From Eledone cirrhosa (Eukaryota): 64,000 bases of DNA. This document shows positions 27,083 to 42,088 of this stretch, one piece after another. The stretch covers positions 124,001 to 188,000 of the forward strand of contig CAXHJY010001444.1 of assembly GCA_964016885.1 (NCBI GenBank), given 5' to 3'. Under the pieces are notes generated by a model. It was given only the letters and a program-made list of their open reading frames with translations. It was not told the DNA's origin and ran no database searches. A program made the position numbers and the translations under genes. Every line of letters starts with the position of its first letter. Positions within the stretch are counted from its first letter, which is position 1.

Positions 27083-28745
27083 TCTTTATTTTTGCAGTGG
27101 ATCGACAGTAGCGGTAGATTGAACAACTTGATTTACTTTCTGAGTTCAAATCCCAACGAGTTTAGCTTGGCCTTTCATACTTACGAGTTCAATAAAGTAC
27201 CATTAACGCACTGTGGTCAATTTAATCGACATTCCACTTCCCTTTAAATTGCTGATCAAAAGTAGAAATAATTAATACAGTAGCAGTGGGTTCGCAGAAT
27301 TTTTGCAGTATCGGATTAAATGCAACACAGTATTTCGTTATTGTCCTTTATATTCTGGTTTCACATCTTGGCGATATCAATTTTGCTTTTCATTCTTCCA
27401 GTGTCGTTGAGATAAAGTAGTAGTAAAATACTGGGGTCACTATAATCGATACCCAGCCCCTGAAAAAAAAATGTTGGCCTTATGCCCAAATTAGAATTCA
27501 GTATTTACTCTACTGCAATATATTGGATAATGTAGACTGATTTTATATTCTTTAAGAAATTCTTATAGTAACAATCATATTGTTATTTCTGTTTAAAATA
27601 AAGAATACACATATCCATTGGTTTTAATGTCTATTATTCGATGCACTAACGGTTCTGCCAGTTTGCAACCTACTATTTTAATAATAATTTGCATTTGATC
27701 ACTTGGAAACGGTTCATGATATTAGTTTCAGTTTTATGATAATAATTGCAATAAAAACTGTCAGATAGCTTGGTCAATTAATTTTTAAATAATACAAACA
27801 TTGTTCTGATAAAGACTTTAATTTCAGTGGTAAATTCTGCAACACTAGATGATTATCTCTCTTTACATATATCTCAGTGGATCTCCTTCATCGGTTTTTG
27901 TTATTCGTCGTCTTGTAATATTAAATGATTGATAAATTTGTCCAGCTGGTACATCTCATTGCTAGATATTACATTGAAAAATTGAAAGGAGTCGATCGTT
28001 AACCCAGACCAATCATACTTATGTTTCAATTGGTTTTTCTATTGCTGATACTATCTGCTGATCGCAACACCTGGCATATAATCACAGCAATGTCTGTATA
28101 TATGGATCTGTAATTACTGACGGAACACTTTGCTGCCATCTTGGGTACTTGGAACCTGGCGGAGCTCATCTCCTCCCCAGCTCTGAACACAACCGATTAC
28201 TTCCAGAGAGGCATAGCGAGAGCGAAAGACTGTTGGAGAACAACAGCTGCAAGTGGTGCCATTTTTCAAATAACTAAGGAGCGTGCTCACTGAGGATGGC
28301 AGTACCAACGACAGCCAAGGTCACATTAATCAGATATTGCATGCGTTACCTCTTAGTTTCAATTTAATATTCATATGGTTCGTTATACATATTTCTACTT
28401 ATTTCTCAATTCGATAACATACGACTCAGAAATATATAGAAACAATAATTAGAAACAATAATTATTAGTAGAACAAATGGTAGTATGTAAAGGAGGTAGA
28501 ATATAGATAATATTAGTAGGGAGAAGAGTGTACGATGTCGGTGTAATAACTACGAGTAGGAGACGAGAGAAGTATGTTATGGTGATGGAAGAGGTAGAAA
28601 ATATATAAGATATTACACCCCTTTACGGTCTGAGTTCAAATCCCGCCGAGGTTAACTTTGCCTTTCACCCTTACGGGGTTGATAAAATAAAGTATCAGTA
28701 ATGCATTGGGATAATTGCGGGCCTTGTGCCAAAAGTAGAAACAAT

Positions 28746-28786
<41 letters not shown>

Positions 28787-31700
28787 AACCTGGGTGCAAT
28801 CGGGAGTATGTGAAGCCCGTGGAAGAAGTATGCACTATAAAGTTATTAGAAGGGGAAGAATGTAGTATATAATAGAAGGGAAGGAGAAATGTAAAGCCAT
28901 AACGAAAAGATGTGTGAGCAATGTAGCCAAATCGTTTGCCGCATAAACAGAGTATTTGCAGTTTAATTTTCGTTTGGAGCTAATAGTTTGTCAAAGATAT
29001 ATTAACAGCATTCACCAAACCAGAAATTACTTCATGCGATATTCTGCCTCTGAAACTAAATAACCCTGATCTGTCGAGAAAAATACAGAAAAACACACAT
29101 ACAAAACAAACAAATAGAAAATATTTAGTCAATCATGTTTATTTATCATGGCAAGTTGGAACAGTTTAATTCTCTGAAGCATTTAAGTAAACGATGGCTC
29201 CGCTGCAACCAGTAAATTTACGAGGAAAAGTAACAATGGGAAAAAGCTTTCATATATCCCCGTCTAAATTAGTTATATCAAGTATTTTATTGTATTATTT
29301 AAAACATGCCAGCCCTACGATCAAGCTTAACCCGTTCTGAAACAGTAAGTGTACATGCTTTATATGCAATCTACATTCTACTTTCATTACAACATGAAGT
29401 TCTAAGTTGAATAATAGATTTCGGGTCAATTAATAATGTCTTATATTTTATTTTTTTGTTTATCTGTATATAAAGAGAAAGATGGGGGAAAAGGTGGGGA
29501 GGATAAAATAAAAATAGAAAGGAGAAATAAACGGGAGCAAACTCTAAACGCTCGGTAAAAAGTATGTCTCAACTGCTCCTCACGGACAAAATAGCGAAAG
29601 TATTAGTTAAGTAAAACATGAACTGGAATGTAACAACATTCAATGTCGATTCTTGTGTAAACAGTTTTACTAGAGATTCTACAAAAAAATATACCAATGC
29701 TTTCTACATACGTAGTAATTAATATTTAACCCTTTTATTTCCATATTTCTAATGAAATACCTTCAAATAAATGGAGAATTTTGAGGACTTTAGTCATATA
29801 ACTAATTTTCTTATCGAGCTTGGTCTTAGAACATAACTTAAGAGGTTCTTACATAAAATCATGATGGAAGTGATTTAGATAAATGTAAACGCTTTAACTC
29901 TTTCGTTACTATACTTCTAAGGAAAGAGAATGCCTTTGGTTTTCAAATAACTCTGAAAATAAAAATTCGGAAATATTTATTAATTAATATTCTCATTACT
30001 AAGCTGATGTTTGGAGCATATAACAACGGTAACTAATTTTAGCGATTCGGAAAGAGATGAAAAGAGCAATAAATAAAATTAAAATAAAATCCGATCGCTT
30101 CAGGGATTCCAGCTCAGAACACTGATTGAAGTGTTCAGTTAAATATAAACACTTAAAATAGTTATTTATCGTCGAAGCAGAGGCTGTTTCATGTGGTTTG
30201 GTATTAAAAAGATTAAAAGACCAAAACAGAAAAGACTTAAATACTGGCTTTTTAAATGTATGCTTAACAGAGACTGGCAAATGTGTACTTTTGCTATAAA
30301 TCGATCTTTTCTCAGGTACAAACCATTTCTTTAGAGTGAAAGGGGCATTTGATGACATCGATCATCATTATGTTAATAATTTTTTCATCGAAATCGAAAA
30401 CAAAAACAAGATGGGATTGTCAAAAGTGTAATGAAGGAGGGCTCCATGCGTGTATTCCAGTTGTTTGATCACCGAAACAGCCAACTCGTAAAACTAATAG
30501 GCAAGTATTCCAGTCACATGAATCGTTAACGTATTTCTCAGGGAGATTCAGCGTGGCAGTGTAACTTGTAGCTGGAATTACAGAATCTTCCTGTTAAAGG
30601 TACATATATCTGCATTATTTTCAGTCACTTGCACCGAGCAGGCTGTTTCGTCGATTTAAAAAGGAACATTCACCATCGAAGCTGACGTAGGTACATTCCA
30701 AAAGCAAAATAGTAGCGAACTCGTACTGTGTAAATTATGTCAAATTATTTATTTGAACAATTACTCTTTCGTTGCCAATCCTTTAATAGATTTAAAGAAG
30801 CATATACATTTTACTTGGAAATTAATTGAAAAGCCTAAATTATACTTGCATTTGCTTATTACAATTGAATGCATGAAATTCATGATTATTCTGTTTTTTT
30901 GTTCAATCCCGAGCTGGAGGATATTTTTATACGGTTTCTAATTTAGGTGCAAGGTTGACAGTTAGGGAGACAAGCAAATCAATTACATTAACCTCAGTAC
31001 TTTAAGACAATGTTGACATCGGTAGGATTAGAACTCAGAATGTAAAAAGCCGGATCAAATAAATTTAAAAAAAAACATTTCTTACGATGCTCTAACGCGT
31101 CTACCAACCCATAGAATTCAAATAAAATTTAATATCCTTTCAAAAATTTGCTATATTTTTCAGCAGATAATTTTACAATCGGTTTGCAGAAATTATTGTT
31201 ATATGGTATTAGTTGTTCTACATGAAGCTTGAAAATCACCTATTTTATATCGATTCAGCTCTTAAGAGCCCTCGAAATGTTTGTGCCTAATTTCAAAAAT
31301 AAATAAAATTTAATTTCAATTCTTTATCAAATCTCCCACTTTCTTTCATCTTTATCTGATACACTCTATTCTCATTTCATTGTATTTCCAGGGCATCTTT
31401 TTCCTAATTATCCTTAGCCATTTTCATCATTTCAAACATCTTCTGTCTATTTTTCGCCTCGCTTTTTCTCACCCATTGTATAGTTTCGTTACATTTTCTC
31501 TATTTTTTTCCTATATTTTGCTCTCTTTTAAAATTGTTTTCTCGTCCTCTACCTTTTCTCTCTTCTTTGTTTCCTCTTAAATATAACAGACAAACTATAG
31601 AATGCCAATGCTGTCATGCCATATAACAAAGTGAGGTTTAGAATTAAGTTAAAATTGCAGTTTCCAAGGTGATGCGTGAATATATTCTTTTGAAACATAT

Positions 31701-31978
31701 TCTACTAAAATTTAGATACAACTGAATATATGGACAGCTCCATTTGCATTATACAGATAAGCAATATAGATTTATCAATAGCAAGGCTGAATATGTTAAC
31801 TGTGTTATGAATTTATACATTTCAAAATAATATTTTATGAGCCAGCAGGTGAGTATTTATGTGGTCTCTCCATTTGCTCGAAACAGCAACCAATGTAGTT
31901 ATTCGCTGTTTGTGGTACTACCTTATTTTAAATATATATATATAGAGAGAGAAGTAGTTCTACAACAGTTAGTTCACC

Positions 31979-32056
31979 ATACCGGGAACAAATGTTTCAC
32001 CTTATCCGGATCCTCAGCTCGGGATCCGAATAAGGTGAAACATCTGTTCCCGGTAT
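31979..32056 (-). ncRNA. Hammerhead ribozyme embedded in a ~78-bp fold-back palindrome
   Basis: Minus strand: CCGAG-CTGAGGA-tCC ggataa GGt-GAAAC-attt-GTT-CCCGG. The HHR 3' half is duplicated in inverted orientation on the plus strand. Confidence 0.6.
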
Positions 32057-32140
32057 ATTTATATCTGTATTTTTAACCGTTGGTCAATCAATGATAAACA
32101 TTGATTGGCAAATAAATTAACAATGGAGATATAAAAGAAC

Positions 32141-35100
32141 TTCTTGGTTGTCCATCGTAAACGATGATGACATCTTCTCTATTTTAGTTCCCGTCTGCCA
32201 TGGGCACGAATGTGACTGTGGAGGCCGATACTTGACTTGCAGGTCTGGGGACAGTAGGGGCAGGGGAAGAGCCCAGAGTCGCTTGGGGCATCTGTTGGTG
32301 CCTTTCTCCTTCTTTCACGGGCCTCGGTGATCTCTGCCCGTCTCTTCTCTTCAAAAGAGCCTTTGGCGCGTCTGGTAAGGGCTCGCCACTCAGTCCTGTC
32401 CTGAGCATGAGACTCGAGTTGTTTTCGCGCGATTCCAGTTTTTTCACGCAGTCTTTGAACCTCTTGAAAGGCCTGCCCCGCTTTCGTTTCCCCGAACAGA
32501 GTTACCCATACATCAGTCGCTTCGGAAGCCTGTGATCATCCATCCGGGTGACAAGTCCCACCCATCGAAGTTGGTTCTTCAGTATCATAGCTTCGACACT
32601 GGTTGTCTCATCCATGTCAAGAACTTCCATGTTGGAGAACTTGTCCTGCTATTTGATGTTCATGATTGACCGCAGGCTGCGCATGTGGAAACGTTCCAGC
32701 TGCTTCAGGTGCTTTGTGCTTTCCGTACAGGGTCCATGTCTCACATCCGTAGAGGAGGGTGGTGAGAACAACGGCCCTGTACACCTTCAGCTTGGTGGAC
32801 TGCCTGATGTTGCGCTGGTTCAGGACGCGTGTCCTCAGGCGGCCGAGGGCTTGACTGGTCTTGCAGATTCTGGCTTTTATCTCCTTGTCGAGGCTTCCAT
32901 CGCTGCTGATAACACTGCCGAGGTACTTGAAGTCGTCCACCGCCTTTAGCTGGATGCCTGAGATGGAAGGAGGGTGGGCGACGGAGACAGGTGCAGGCTG
33001 GAACAGGACCTCAGTCTTGCCAAGGCTAATTGTGAGACCGAAGAGGCAGGAGGCCTCTGCAAACTTGTTGACGATGAGTTGGAGGTCAGACTCCCTGTGG
33101 GCCAAGAGGGCACAGTCGTCACCAAAAAGTACCTCCAGGACGATCCTCTGCACGGTCCTTGTCTTGGCCGTCAGGCGCCGGAGGTTAAACAGGGAGCCGT
33201 CCAGTCTGTATCGCAGATACACTCCGTGCTCGAGGTCCCTGACGGATATGATTGAGCACGCAGGTGAAAAACAGGTTGAAGAAGACGGGATCCAGCACGC
33301 ATCCTTTCTTGACGCCGTTGGTGATTCCGAACAGCTCCTATGCCTCTCCGCCCGAGCGCACCTGCCAGGTCATGTCGTCATGGAATAGCCGTATCAGGTT
33401 CACAAACTTTGTCGGGCATCCAAACTTCGACAAGATCGACCAGAGGGCTTCCCTGTTGATAGTGTCGAATGCCTTCGTCAAGTCTATGAAGACGGCAAAG
33501 AGGTCCATGTTCTGCTCGACACACTTCTCCAGCACCTGGCGCACAGAGAAGATCATGTCGATCCGGCTGCGGTTTGGGCGGAGCCCACACTGGGCCTCAG
33601 GCAGGTTGTCCTCCGAGATGTTGGCAATGAGGCGGTTGAGCATGACTCCAGCCAGGACCTTCCCAGCGATGGACAGGAGAGAAATGCCTCGATAGTTTCC
33701 ACAGTCAGTTTTGCTGCCTTTGTTCTTCCTCCCATATGCTGACGAGAAGGGTGTGGAAGGGCCCCGAGGCAGCTGGACCGGCCGACTTGAAGATCTCGTC
33801 AGGAATCCCGTCTTTCCCAGGAGCCCTTCCTGAGCTGGTCTCGTTGATTGCCTTCGTGACTTCATCCAACGTGATGGGGGTGGTCGAGACTGCCGACTAT
33901 GGGCTTCTGTGGGACCTGGTCGAGGGAGGCAGAGTCGACAGTGGAGGGCCTGTTGAGCAGGTTGCTGAAGTGCTCTCTCCACGTCGAATTGATGCTACTC
34001 TTCTCCTTCAGCAAGATCGAGCCGTCAGCAGACAGCAGCGATGTGGTGACAGGCTTGGGGAATCCGTAGACGTCCCCGATGGTGCTGAAGAACATCTTGG
34101 AGTTCTTTGTGTCAGGGTATCTCTCGACTTCTTCGGCCTTATTTTCCCACCACTTGCCTGCATTCTGCGCAGCGCTGCTTAGGTCTGCTTCTGGACGCGT
34201 TTGAAACGGTCGCGCTTCGAGTTGGAGGAGTTGTCATTCTGCCACTCAATGAAAGCCCTCCCCTTATCGTCCAGGAGTTGTCTGATGCACTTATTGTTTT
34301 CATCAACCCAGTCCTGGTGGACTCTCCCCCTCGGCCCGATGGTTGCCTTGGCTAACTCTGAACTTGGCTGACTTTGAACTTGGCGACCTGAACTGGTCCC
34401 ACTGTTGAGTTGGGGTTCCGGTCAGTGGTCCATGGGTAGTCAGCCGGCCGTCCAGCTCTTCCGCAAAAGCATCACGATGCTCTGGCTGCTTGAGTCGTGT
34501 GACGTCGAAAGCTGGCCTGCAGACTTTCGGAGTCTTGCGATGCGTCGGGGTGATGTACAGTGACAGGATGGTCCTGACAAGGCGATGGGCGGTCCAACAC
34601 TCTGCACCACGCATGGCCCTGGTGAGTCTGACGTCACGGATCTCCCTCCTACGGCATATAGCAAAGTCAATCAGATGCACTGTTTGGATCTGGAGTGCAT
34701 CCATGTCGTCTTGTACTTGTCTGCCTGGCGGAACAGTGTGATGGTGATGGTGAGGTCGTTCTCGGCGCAGAAACTCAACAGTATGAGGCCGTTAGAGTTC
34801 AGCTTCCCTGTGCCGTGAGGTCCCAGTTCGCTTCTCCAGTTGCTGCTGTCAGACCCGACTCTTGCATTGAAGTCCCCCAGTAGGATGAGTTTATCGCTCG
34901 GGGGGACGCCCTTCACGAGTGCGTTGAGTTCCCGGTAGAAAGCCTCCTTTCCTTCATCGCTGCTGGTGAGAGTGATGACTGTGACATGCCGAGATGGGCC
35001 AAGGGGGAAGCGGAGCTTCATCAGCCGCTCACTCACAGGTGTTGGGAAGTCTGGTAGCTACTTGCAGAGTGAAGTCCTGATAACTAGGCCTACCCCGTGG

Positions 35101-36153
35101 ATTCTGTCCTCGTCATTTGCATTGCCCTTCCAGAAGAAGGTGTAGCCTCCTTTCGGTTCTGCTACTGATCTTTCTTTGGCAAGTCTAGTCTCGCTGAGGG
35201 CGGTTATGTCAATCCGGTAGCGAGCTAATTCCCTTGCTATGAGGGCAGTTCTTCTCTCTGGCCTCAAGGAGGTTTCCCTATGTATGAGGTTGCGCACATT
35301 CCATGCGCCATGAATCAAGTTATTCTTTATATTATGTTGCTTTCGACCGCTTGCAAGGGTAAATCCGCCAGCCCCGGTAGACTGGCCGGCTTTGTGGGGG
35401 AACGCGCATTTGGTTAGGGCTCCTTTTTATCGTCCCTCCCCTCGTGCGTGAGTGAGCAGTGCTCCCCTGAAAAGGACTGCTCAGTCGCAAGTGGAATGCC
35501 TGATCTCTGTCATCCCAGGGTCAGGAGGAGAACGACTTGCGCATCCAGGCCGCGCACGTGTATGTTTGAGACTGGCAACTCTCAGATGTTACCTCCACCT
35601 GTAACCCCCGCCTCTCGTCCATCGCCGTATGGCTTTGGGAGTGCACGCTAAAGAAGAAACCTGTGCGGGAAAGATTTATAGTGGGTGGGCCAGTACACAG
35701 TGACGGTCCCACTCACTCGGCCGCAGAATCCAGAATCCGGTGGTACGGAGGACCGTCATGACCAGGGACTTCCTTGGCTGCAGTGGATGGCCACGACGTC
35801 TGTAGTGCCTTGTTGAGCCCTAACGCTCCACACTGCTTGCTGTCGCGGCCTTCGTGACTGTTGGTACGATGTTGTTCTCCTCCACTCACTCCGCCGGGTC
35901 CTGTCTTCGCATGCAGGGGCAGGCATCCCCTATCTAACTCACCGGGGGGTTTCAAACCCGTCCGGCTACTCTCAACGTGGTTCGGTCCGCCAGCCAAGGC
36001 GGTTTACCAGGGTGTGGCCGTTGTCGCATGCTACAGTTTCTTGGGGTCACAGGTGAGAGCTGAGTGTCAGGTGGGACCCAACAGGACGAGATGTCCTGAA
36101 AAGGGCATGGCTAGCCCCACCTACAGAGGTACAAGCCCCTCCCTGACACCCCA
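32141..36153 (-). mobile_element. Near full-length RTE (BovB-like) LINE, pseudogenised
   Basis: APE endonuclease GAWNVR..RELARYRIDITALSETRL, LILLGDFNARVG; RT NYRGISLLSIAGK, EAQCG.RPNR, FIDLTKAFDTINR, LFGDD, FKYLGS, LLYGCETW; ~0.8 kb 5' UTR; frameshifts and deletions. Confidence 0.95.
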
Positions 36154-36614
36154 GGCATACACATACGTATATACATACACATACATATTTACACATTTTT
36201 GGAAGGCCGTTGACTCTTATCAGTTCTTCCGCCCTTTGTCAGGTTTATTTTTTGTCGTGCACGGTGTCCAAAATCACCCTCCTCACCAAGTAAACTTGGT
36301 GGGGTTGCCAGTTTAGTCGCTGACGATCCGACCATGTGACAGGTTGTACTGGTTTACATGTTACCAGTAGCACTTAAGAGTGACCTGACACTAAAAGATA
36401 CAGAATAAGATATACAAGATACAGACGCGAAAACCAACCAAACAGTGAGTGTGTTCTGTTATTATTTCTGGCAATATTATTACAACAATATGACTCTCCC
36501 CAAGTATAACAATATATATATATATATATATACCCCACTCTCAAGCGTGAAACTAATAATAATATCATTTGTACTGCCTCTTCGTTTTTCTGTTCTCTGT
36601 TTACTTTAAAAAAA

Positions 36615-36649
<35 letters not shown>

Positions 36650-37659
36650 TATATGTATGTCTACTACATTTCTACTGTGACTTTTCTTCTGTGAATTATG
36701 TTCCTAGATTCAAGTCACTGAATGCTGCTATCTGATAAGACATCTTGTGCATATACGAAGTTAAATAATGACCAAATAATCTTGTATGTTTAGTACCAAT
36801 TTGGTAGTAGATAAAGAGTATCCTTAATATTCGATTCTATATGCAATTAAAAGCACATCCCTACATATTAATTTTTACTTTTCTTTTACTGCTTAGTTAA
36901 TTGACTGGAACCATGCTAGCACCGCATTGAAGGGATTTAGTCAATCACATTGATCCTAGTATTTATTTAATCGTCTGGTACTTGTTTTGCCGATCTCGTT
37001 TATGTTTAACTACTACTTTATACGACGCACATACAGACAAGAGACGAAGTTTTGCACATTTTTTTAAAGACCAAATTTTACTGAACGTGTTGGACCTTAA
37101 TAAAATATACGAAGTGTCACACAGTGTACCTTAACCCGAAACTGAAATAATGTGAAGCGAACACCTTAACCACGCCGTCATACCTGTGCCTGATGTTTAG
37201 ATATAAATAGAGTTACGTGATTCGAAATTCCGCTCTTATAAATGACGTTCAAAGATTAATATAGTTCATTCTAGAAAAAAGCCGTTTTTAATGCAAATAT
37301 TTTCTAGGGTGATTTGTACAGTTAATTAAGTAATTAGATGGAAAGTGAGGATAGCTTGCAAACATAAGAGAAAGTTTAAGCTAGCAATGTGGGATACATA
37401 TAAAAACATTTCCATGTAAAATTAACTATTAGTTCCTCATTAATAGATATTGTCTGAGGATAAACAAATTTCTAATTAGATATTTGGAGTTGGTCCACAT
37501 TTCTGAAAACATGTCTAAGTGGCTGGGCGTTCCTCTGATACATGCATACCCTTAACTTAAATACCAGGGAGATTCAGTGTGACAGTGAATGACTAGTCTG
37601 CCCGTTTGAATTACAAGTACAATCCATTCAACGAGCTTCTAATCATTTTCCGTCTACAG

Positions 37660-37950
37660 TAGAGGTTCTCAGTTTTGGGGCCACATAATACCCTCAGTCC
37701 CCCCTCACCCTTATTTCCAGAGAGACCTACCAACACACAAATTGTAAGTAATATATAATAAACTAAATCGTTAATTTATATGTAATAAATAATATAATAT
37801 TTATAAATAAACATTATATATTTTTTATTTTACTATATTTATATATATGGTATAATATTTGATATTAATATACTATTATATCATCTCTAGCAACCCCTGG
37901 ACCTTCTCAACTCCCCCAGGTTGGGGTAGCGCCCACTTTGAGAACCTCTA
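37660..37950. mobile_element. hAT-type MITE inserted in an older SINE-like repeat
   Basis: TIRs TAGAGGTTCTCA / TGAGAACCTCTA; 8-bp TSD GTCTACAG / GGCTACAG. Confidence 0.85.
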
Positions 37951-40287
37951 GGCTACAGTTTCTTTGATATGGCTTCGGTCAACCCAAGTTTGTCATAAAT
38001 GTCACTTTCCCAAGATGTTACGCGTTTGGGATCAAACACGGGCCCTTTGTGGGTGATGTAATCTTCTTAACCCTTTGGCTATGGGGCTCCCAATCTCAAT
38101 TAGTATATGTGAGTGAATCCCATTAGTTTCTTCGTTGTGAAGGTCCGTGTTTCAGTGGTTATTGTTCGTCTTACCATTGCAAAGTAATGAGAGTTCGGTT
38201 CCCCGTTGCACATTGTTTCCTTGAACAAGGCAATGTATTTTGAGATGGTTCAATCCATCACAGCTCATACACTGCGTCATACTAAATCTCCCTCTGAGAA
38301 CTACATTAATTTCACGAGCTAGCTGTTCAGTTGGCCGAGCATCTAGAGCAATCAAAGTCGGAAGCGACGGAGGTCCAAATTGTCTTCTTTATATTGGAAC
38401 CAGTTGGAAAACAAGCAATTTATTTCAAACCATGTGGATGTATTTCAGTCAAATTGTAATTAATCTGTAAGACAAGTGAGAAGCATAGAAATTTTAAACC
38501 GCTATATTTGAGAAAATCAAGAATAGATTCTCCCAAAGGAATTTCAAAATAAATATTTTAGACGTGTACCGAGAACACATTAAATTTTAAAATGCCATTG
38601 TGCATGATGTATGACAAACGCTTTAGTTTCCAGTGTACACGAAACGTAAGACATCGCATGTCATCATGGCACCAGTAACATGATTGCATATATTTTATTA
38701 AGGAAATGTTCCACTAAATAATACTATGGATATAATTAACAAATATCTATGGTGCATCACAGCCCACATATTTGTTTCTTTCTAATCACTGCATGTTTCA
38801 TTAGTGCAATGATTTTTTAAAATCTAATAGCCTAAATGTAATTTATACATTAAAATGTTATATATATTATAGACGCAGACATGGTTGTGTGGTTAAATTA
38901 GCTACGCAATTCGGGTTCATTGTCACTAAGGGATACCTTAGGCAATTATCTTCTAGAGCCACGGGTTGACCATTGCGTTGTGAGAAAACGTTAATAGACG
39001 TGTGTGTGTCGTAATTTAGTGGTTCGACAAAAAGTGTCTGACTACTACTGGGTCGATATGATGAATAAATCACATTACGTGGCAATATAAATGTCTTTTT
39101 ACAGAAGCTAATGACATTACTTTGCATTTAGTTATAGAAATAATACATTCCGTTATGATTTAATACAGGAAATATGTTTTATAAGGCACCACATGCTAGA
39201 TATGTGAGTATGTCTGCGTGTGAGTATACATGCGTTCGTGTGTGTGTTTTTACCTATTCATGTTTAAATGTTGTGACGTATGTTGGTTAATACATACACC
39301 ACTCTACAGATGATACTATCGGCAGATAGTATCATCGTTGGAAAGACAATTGGAAACATTTTTTCTTTGGTCTGATCTGATTCTTTTCTTTAATACATAC
39401 ATTTTCGTCTCATTTTAGACGTCGGATTAAAATGCCTCGGTATTTATTCTGAGTTCAAACCTTAAAGAGGTCAACTTTGCCTTCCATCTTTTCGAAGTCG
39501 TTAGATAGAGTACTATTCCAGTACTGGGACCGATTTTTTTTTTTCTCGCCACCTCTGCAAGAAATCGGCTGTCTCTCGATCTGGAGAGTGTGGGCTCCAC
39601 TAGGTTTTAAATGCCGAAGACACTCAGTGTGTCATAATGACGCTCCTAAGAGTCCACCAGGAGTTGAAAGCCCTCATCTTCTAGTCTCTTTATACTCTAG
39701 TCCCCGTTTAAATATGTAACATAATTTGGAGATTGAAGCTAAATTTGTTTTATTGAATTTTAGGAGAAATGCCTTTAGGAGAAAATATTATATTTTATTA
39801 TATGAACACATTTGTTTAGCATATAATATCAGTAATTGTGTCCTTTAACTGTAAATAATGGTACAACAGTTTTTCCTATCACACTCTCCCCTTCCCCCTT
39901 TTTTCTGTGGCCCTAGAGTCCTTGCGTTTCCTATCCTTTTCTTCTCATTTATAGTCCTTCTACTTTCCATTTCTGTCCTTTTTTACACTTTCCCCATTAT
40001 CTCATTACTTAATTTTGCTTTTATCTTTTTCATATTTATGTAATCAACAATGGTTTTTAAGCCAAATTTGTGAATATTTGTAATATTATTTATACAACTG
40101 AATAATGCAATATATTATATCGGAACCAAAATCTAAAATTTGTATTTAGAATTCATGGAATACAAATGTAAAATCAAAGAAAGGTGTGTAGTGGGTAATT
40201 ATTTAAAATGTTTTCATTCATATTAGTTATCAGCGTGCTCTGTCAGTGTTGTCTATTTCTGTTTTATATCTCTGTATGTATGTGTGT

Positions 40288-40328
<41 letters not shown>

Positions 40329-41673
40329 CGTGGACCCCCCCCCAATCACCACAAGGCTTTATAAACAAAATGGGGATATTAGTCAATTTACCAATTACAT
40401 ATATAATTGAGCTGTACATTCTAATTGTAATTATTTATATCTAGGCCGAGTAGACCAGTAATCCCTCGTCCCCAATTTCTTTCATGATATGAAAACCAAA
40501 TATTGAAGAAACATAAAATAATCTCTTAAAATTGATACTTCACAATACAAACGCCAAATGTTGCCAAGAGACATAAAGGACCCTTAATGTTGAGCCTTCA
40601 CGATACTAACACATATTACAGAGATTTATAAAGAACCTTAAACTTGATATTTCCCGATACATTTCTTTAACATTACTCAAACCTCTAAAGATACATAAAT
40701 TCATAATAGAAAGAATCTACATGAATACCTTTCTTTTATTTTACTTTATAAAAATAAAACTATAACTATATCATTTCAATAAAAAAACAAACATTCAAGT
40801 AGAAACTTTACAGGGTCATGAAAAATACACAAAGATTTTTGACAAACCTTTAAGGCACACCTATTTTCTTGAACTCTAAATATATTCGATCAAAGGAACT
40901 GTCTGTTCGTGAAATTAATCTACAAGTGGCTGAGCATTACACATAGATTCACAGTATGTGATAAGCCAGACGCTTTAAGACAATATCTTATGCCATCACG
41001 GCAGTCACATGACTGCATGATATTTTCTTAGCGTGTAAGGGGCTAAGTATTAGACTGATAACATATTTTTGCCAGTTTAGAGGACTGGAGTAATGTGAAA
41101 TAAAGGGTCATGCGCGAGGGCAAAACGTAAAACTTGTAATCGAAAGCACGACCTTATGATTATTAGGTGTACATCCGCCTTCACAGGATTTTAATAGCAT
41201 GTTTTTGTAATCACCATTAACACTGAATTGTATGACTAAAGCTCTAAGATTGGATTTTTGAGATGTTTTTTGACAGGAAACCTAATAGTGGTGTTATCAT
41301 GTTATCTCATTAATGAACGCCTTCATCTTAAGCTGAATCGATGGATTTTAGCTGCATTAGTTTCGTGTTACACGCATACACATAGGAGCAGACATGGCTT
41401 TGAGTTTAAGGCGCTCGCTTCACAACCTTGTGGGTGTGGGTTCTATCCCACTGCGTGGCACAATGTATGCCTGCTACTATAGTATCGGGTTCACCAATGT
41501 CATGTGAGCGGAATTTGGTAGATGGAAACTGTGTGGACATCTGCCGTATGTGGAAAGAAGCGTATATGGAAATATAGACCTTATGTTTATGCGTAATAAT
41601 CATACATATAGCGTCCTGTTGATATTTTACGATGTCATCTTATCACAATTACTTCAGTAACCATGTAAGAAAG

Positions 41674-41717
<44 letters not shown>

Positions 41718-41856
41718 CAAGATTTTTTATTTATCTTCAGCGAAAGCATACTTAATATGGTACTATGCAGAGAAATCAATAGCATCTTATATATAGGCTC
41801 TGTGTGCGTGTGTATATATACATGTATATAAATTCCAATTATGACTCATTTACATA

Positions 41857-42088
41857 TAATTGTTTCTACTTTTAGCACAAGGCCAGCAATTCAACAGTGC
41901 ATTACTGGTACTTTATTTTATCGGCCCCGTAAGGATGAAAGGCAAAGATAACCTCGGCGAGATTTTACACATAATGCAAGCTTCATATGTTAGTATTAAT
42001 TGCCTTTCATCCTTCCGGGGTCGATAAAATAAAGTACCAGTAATGCACTGGGTAATTGCTGGCCTTGTGCCAAAAGTTGAAACAATTA
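41857..42088. mobile_element. Inverted pair of SINE 3' halves (41857-41965 minus, 42001-42088 plus)
   Basis: Reverse-complement Nin/Deu-like core and tail sequences ~35 nt apart. Confidence 0.8.
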
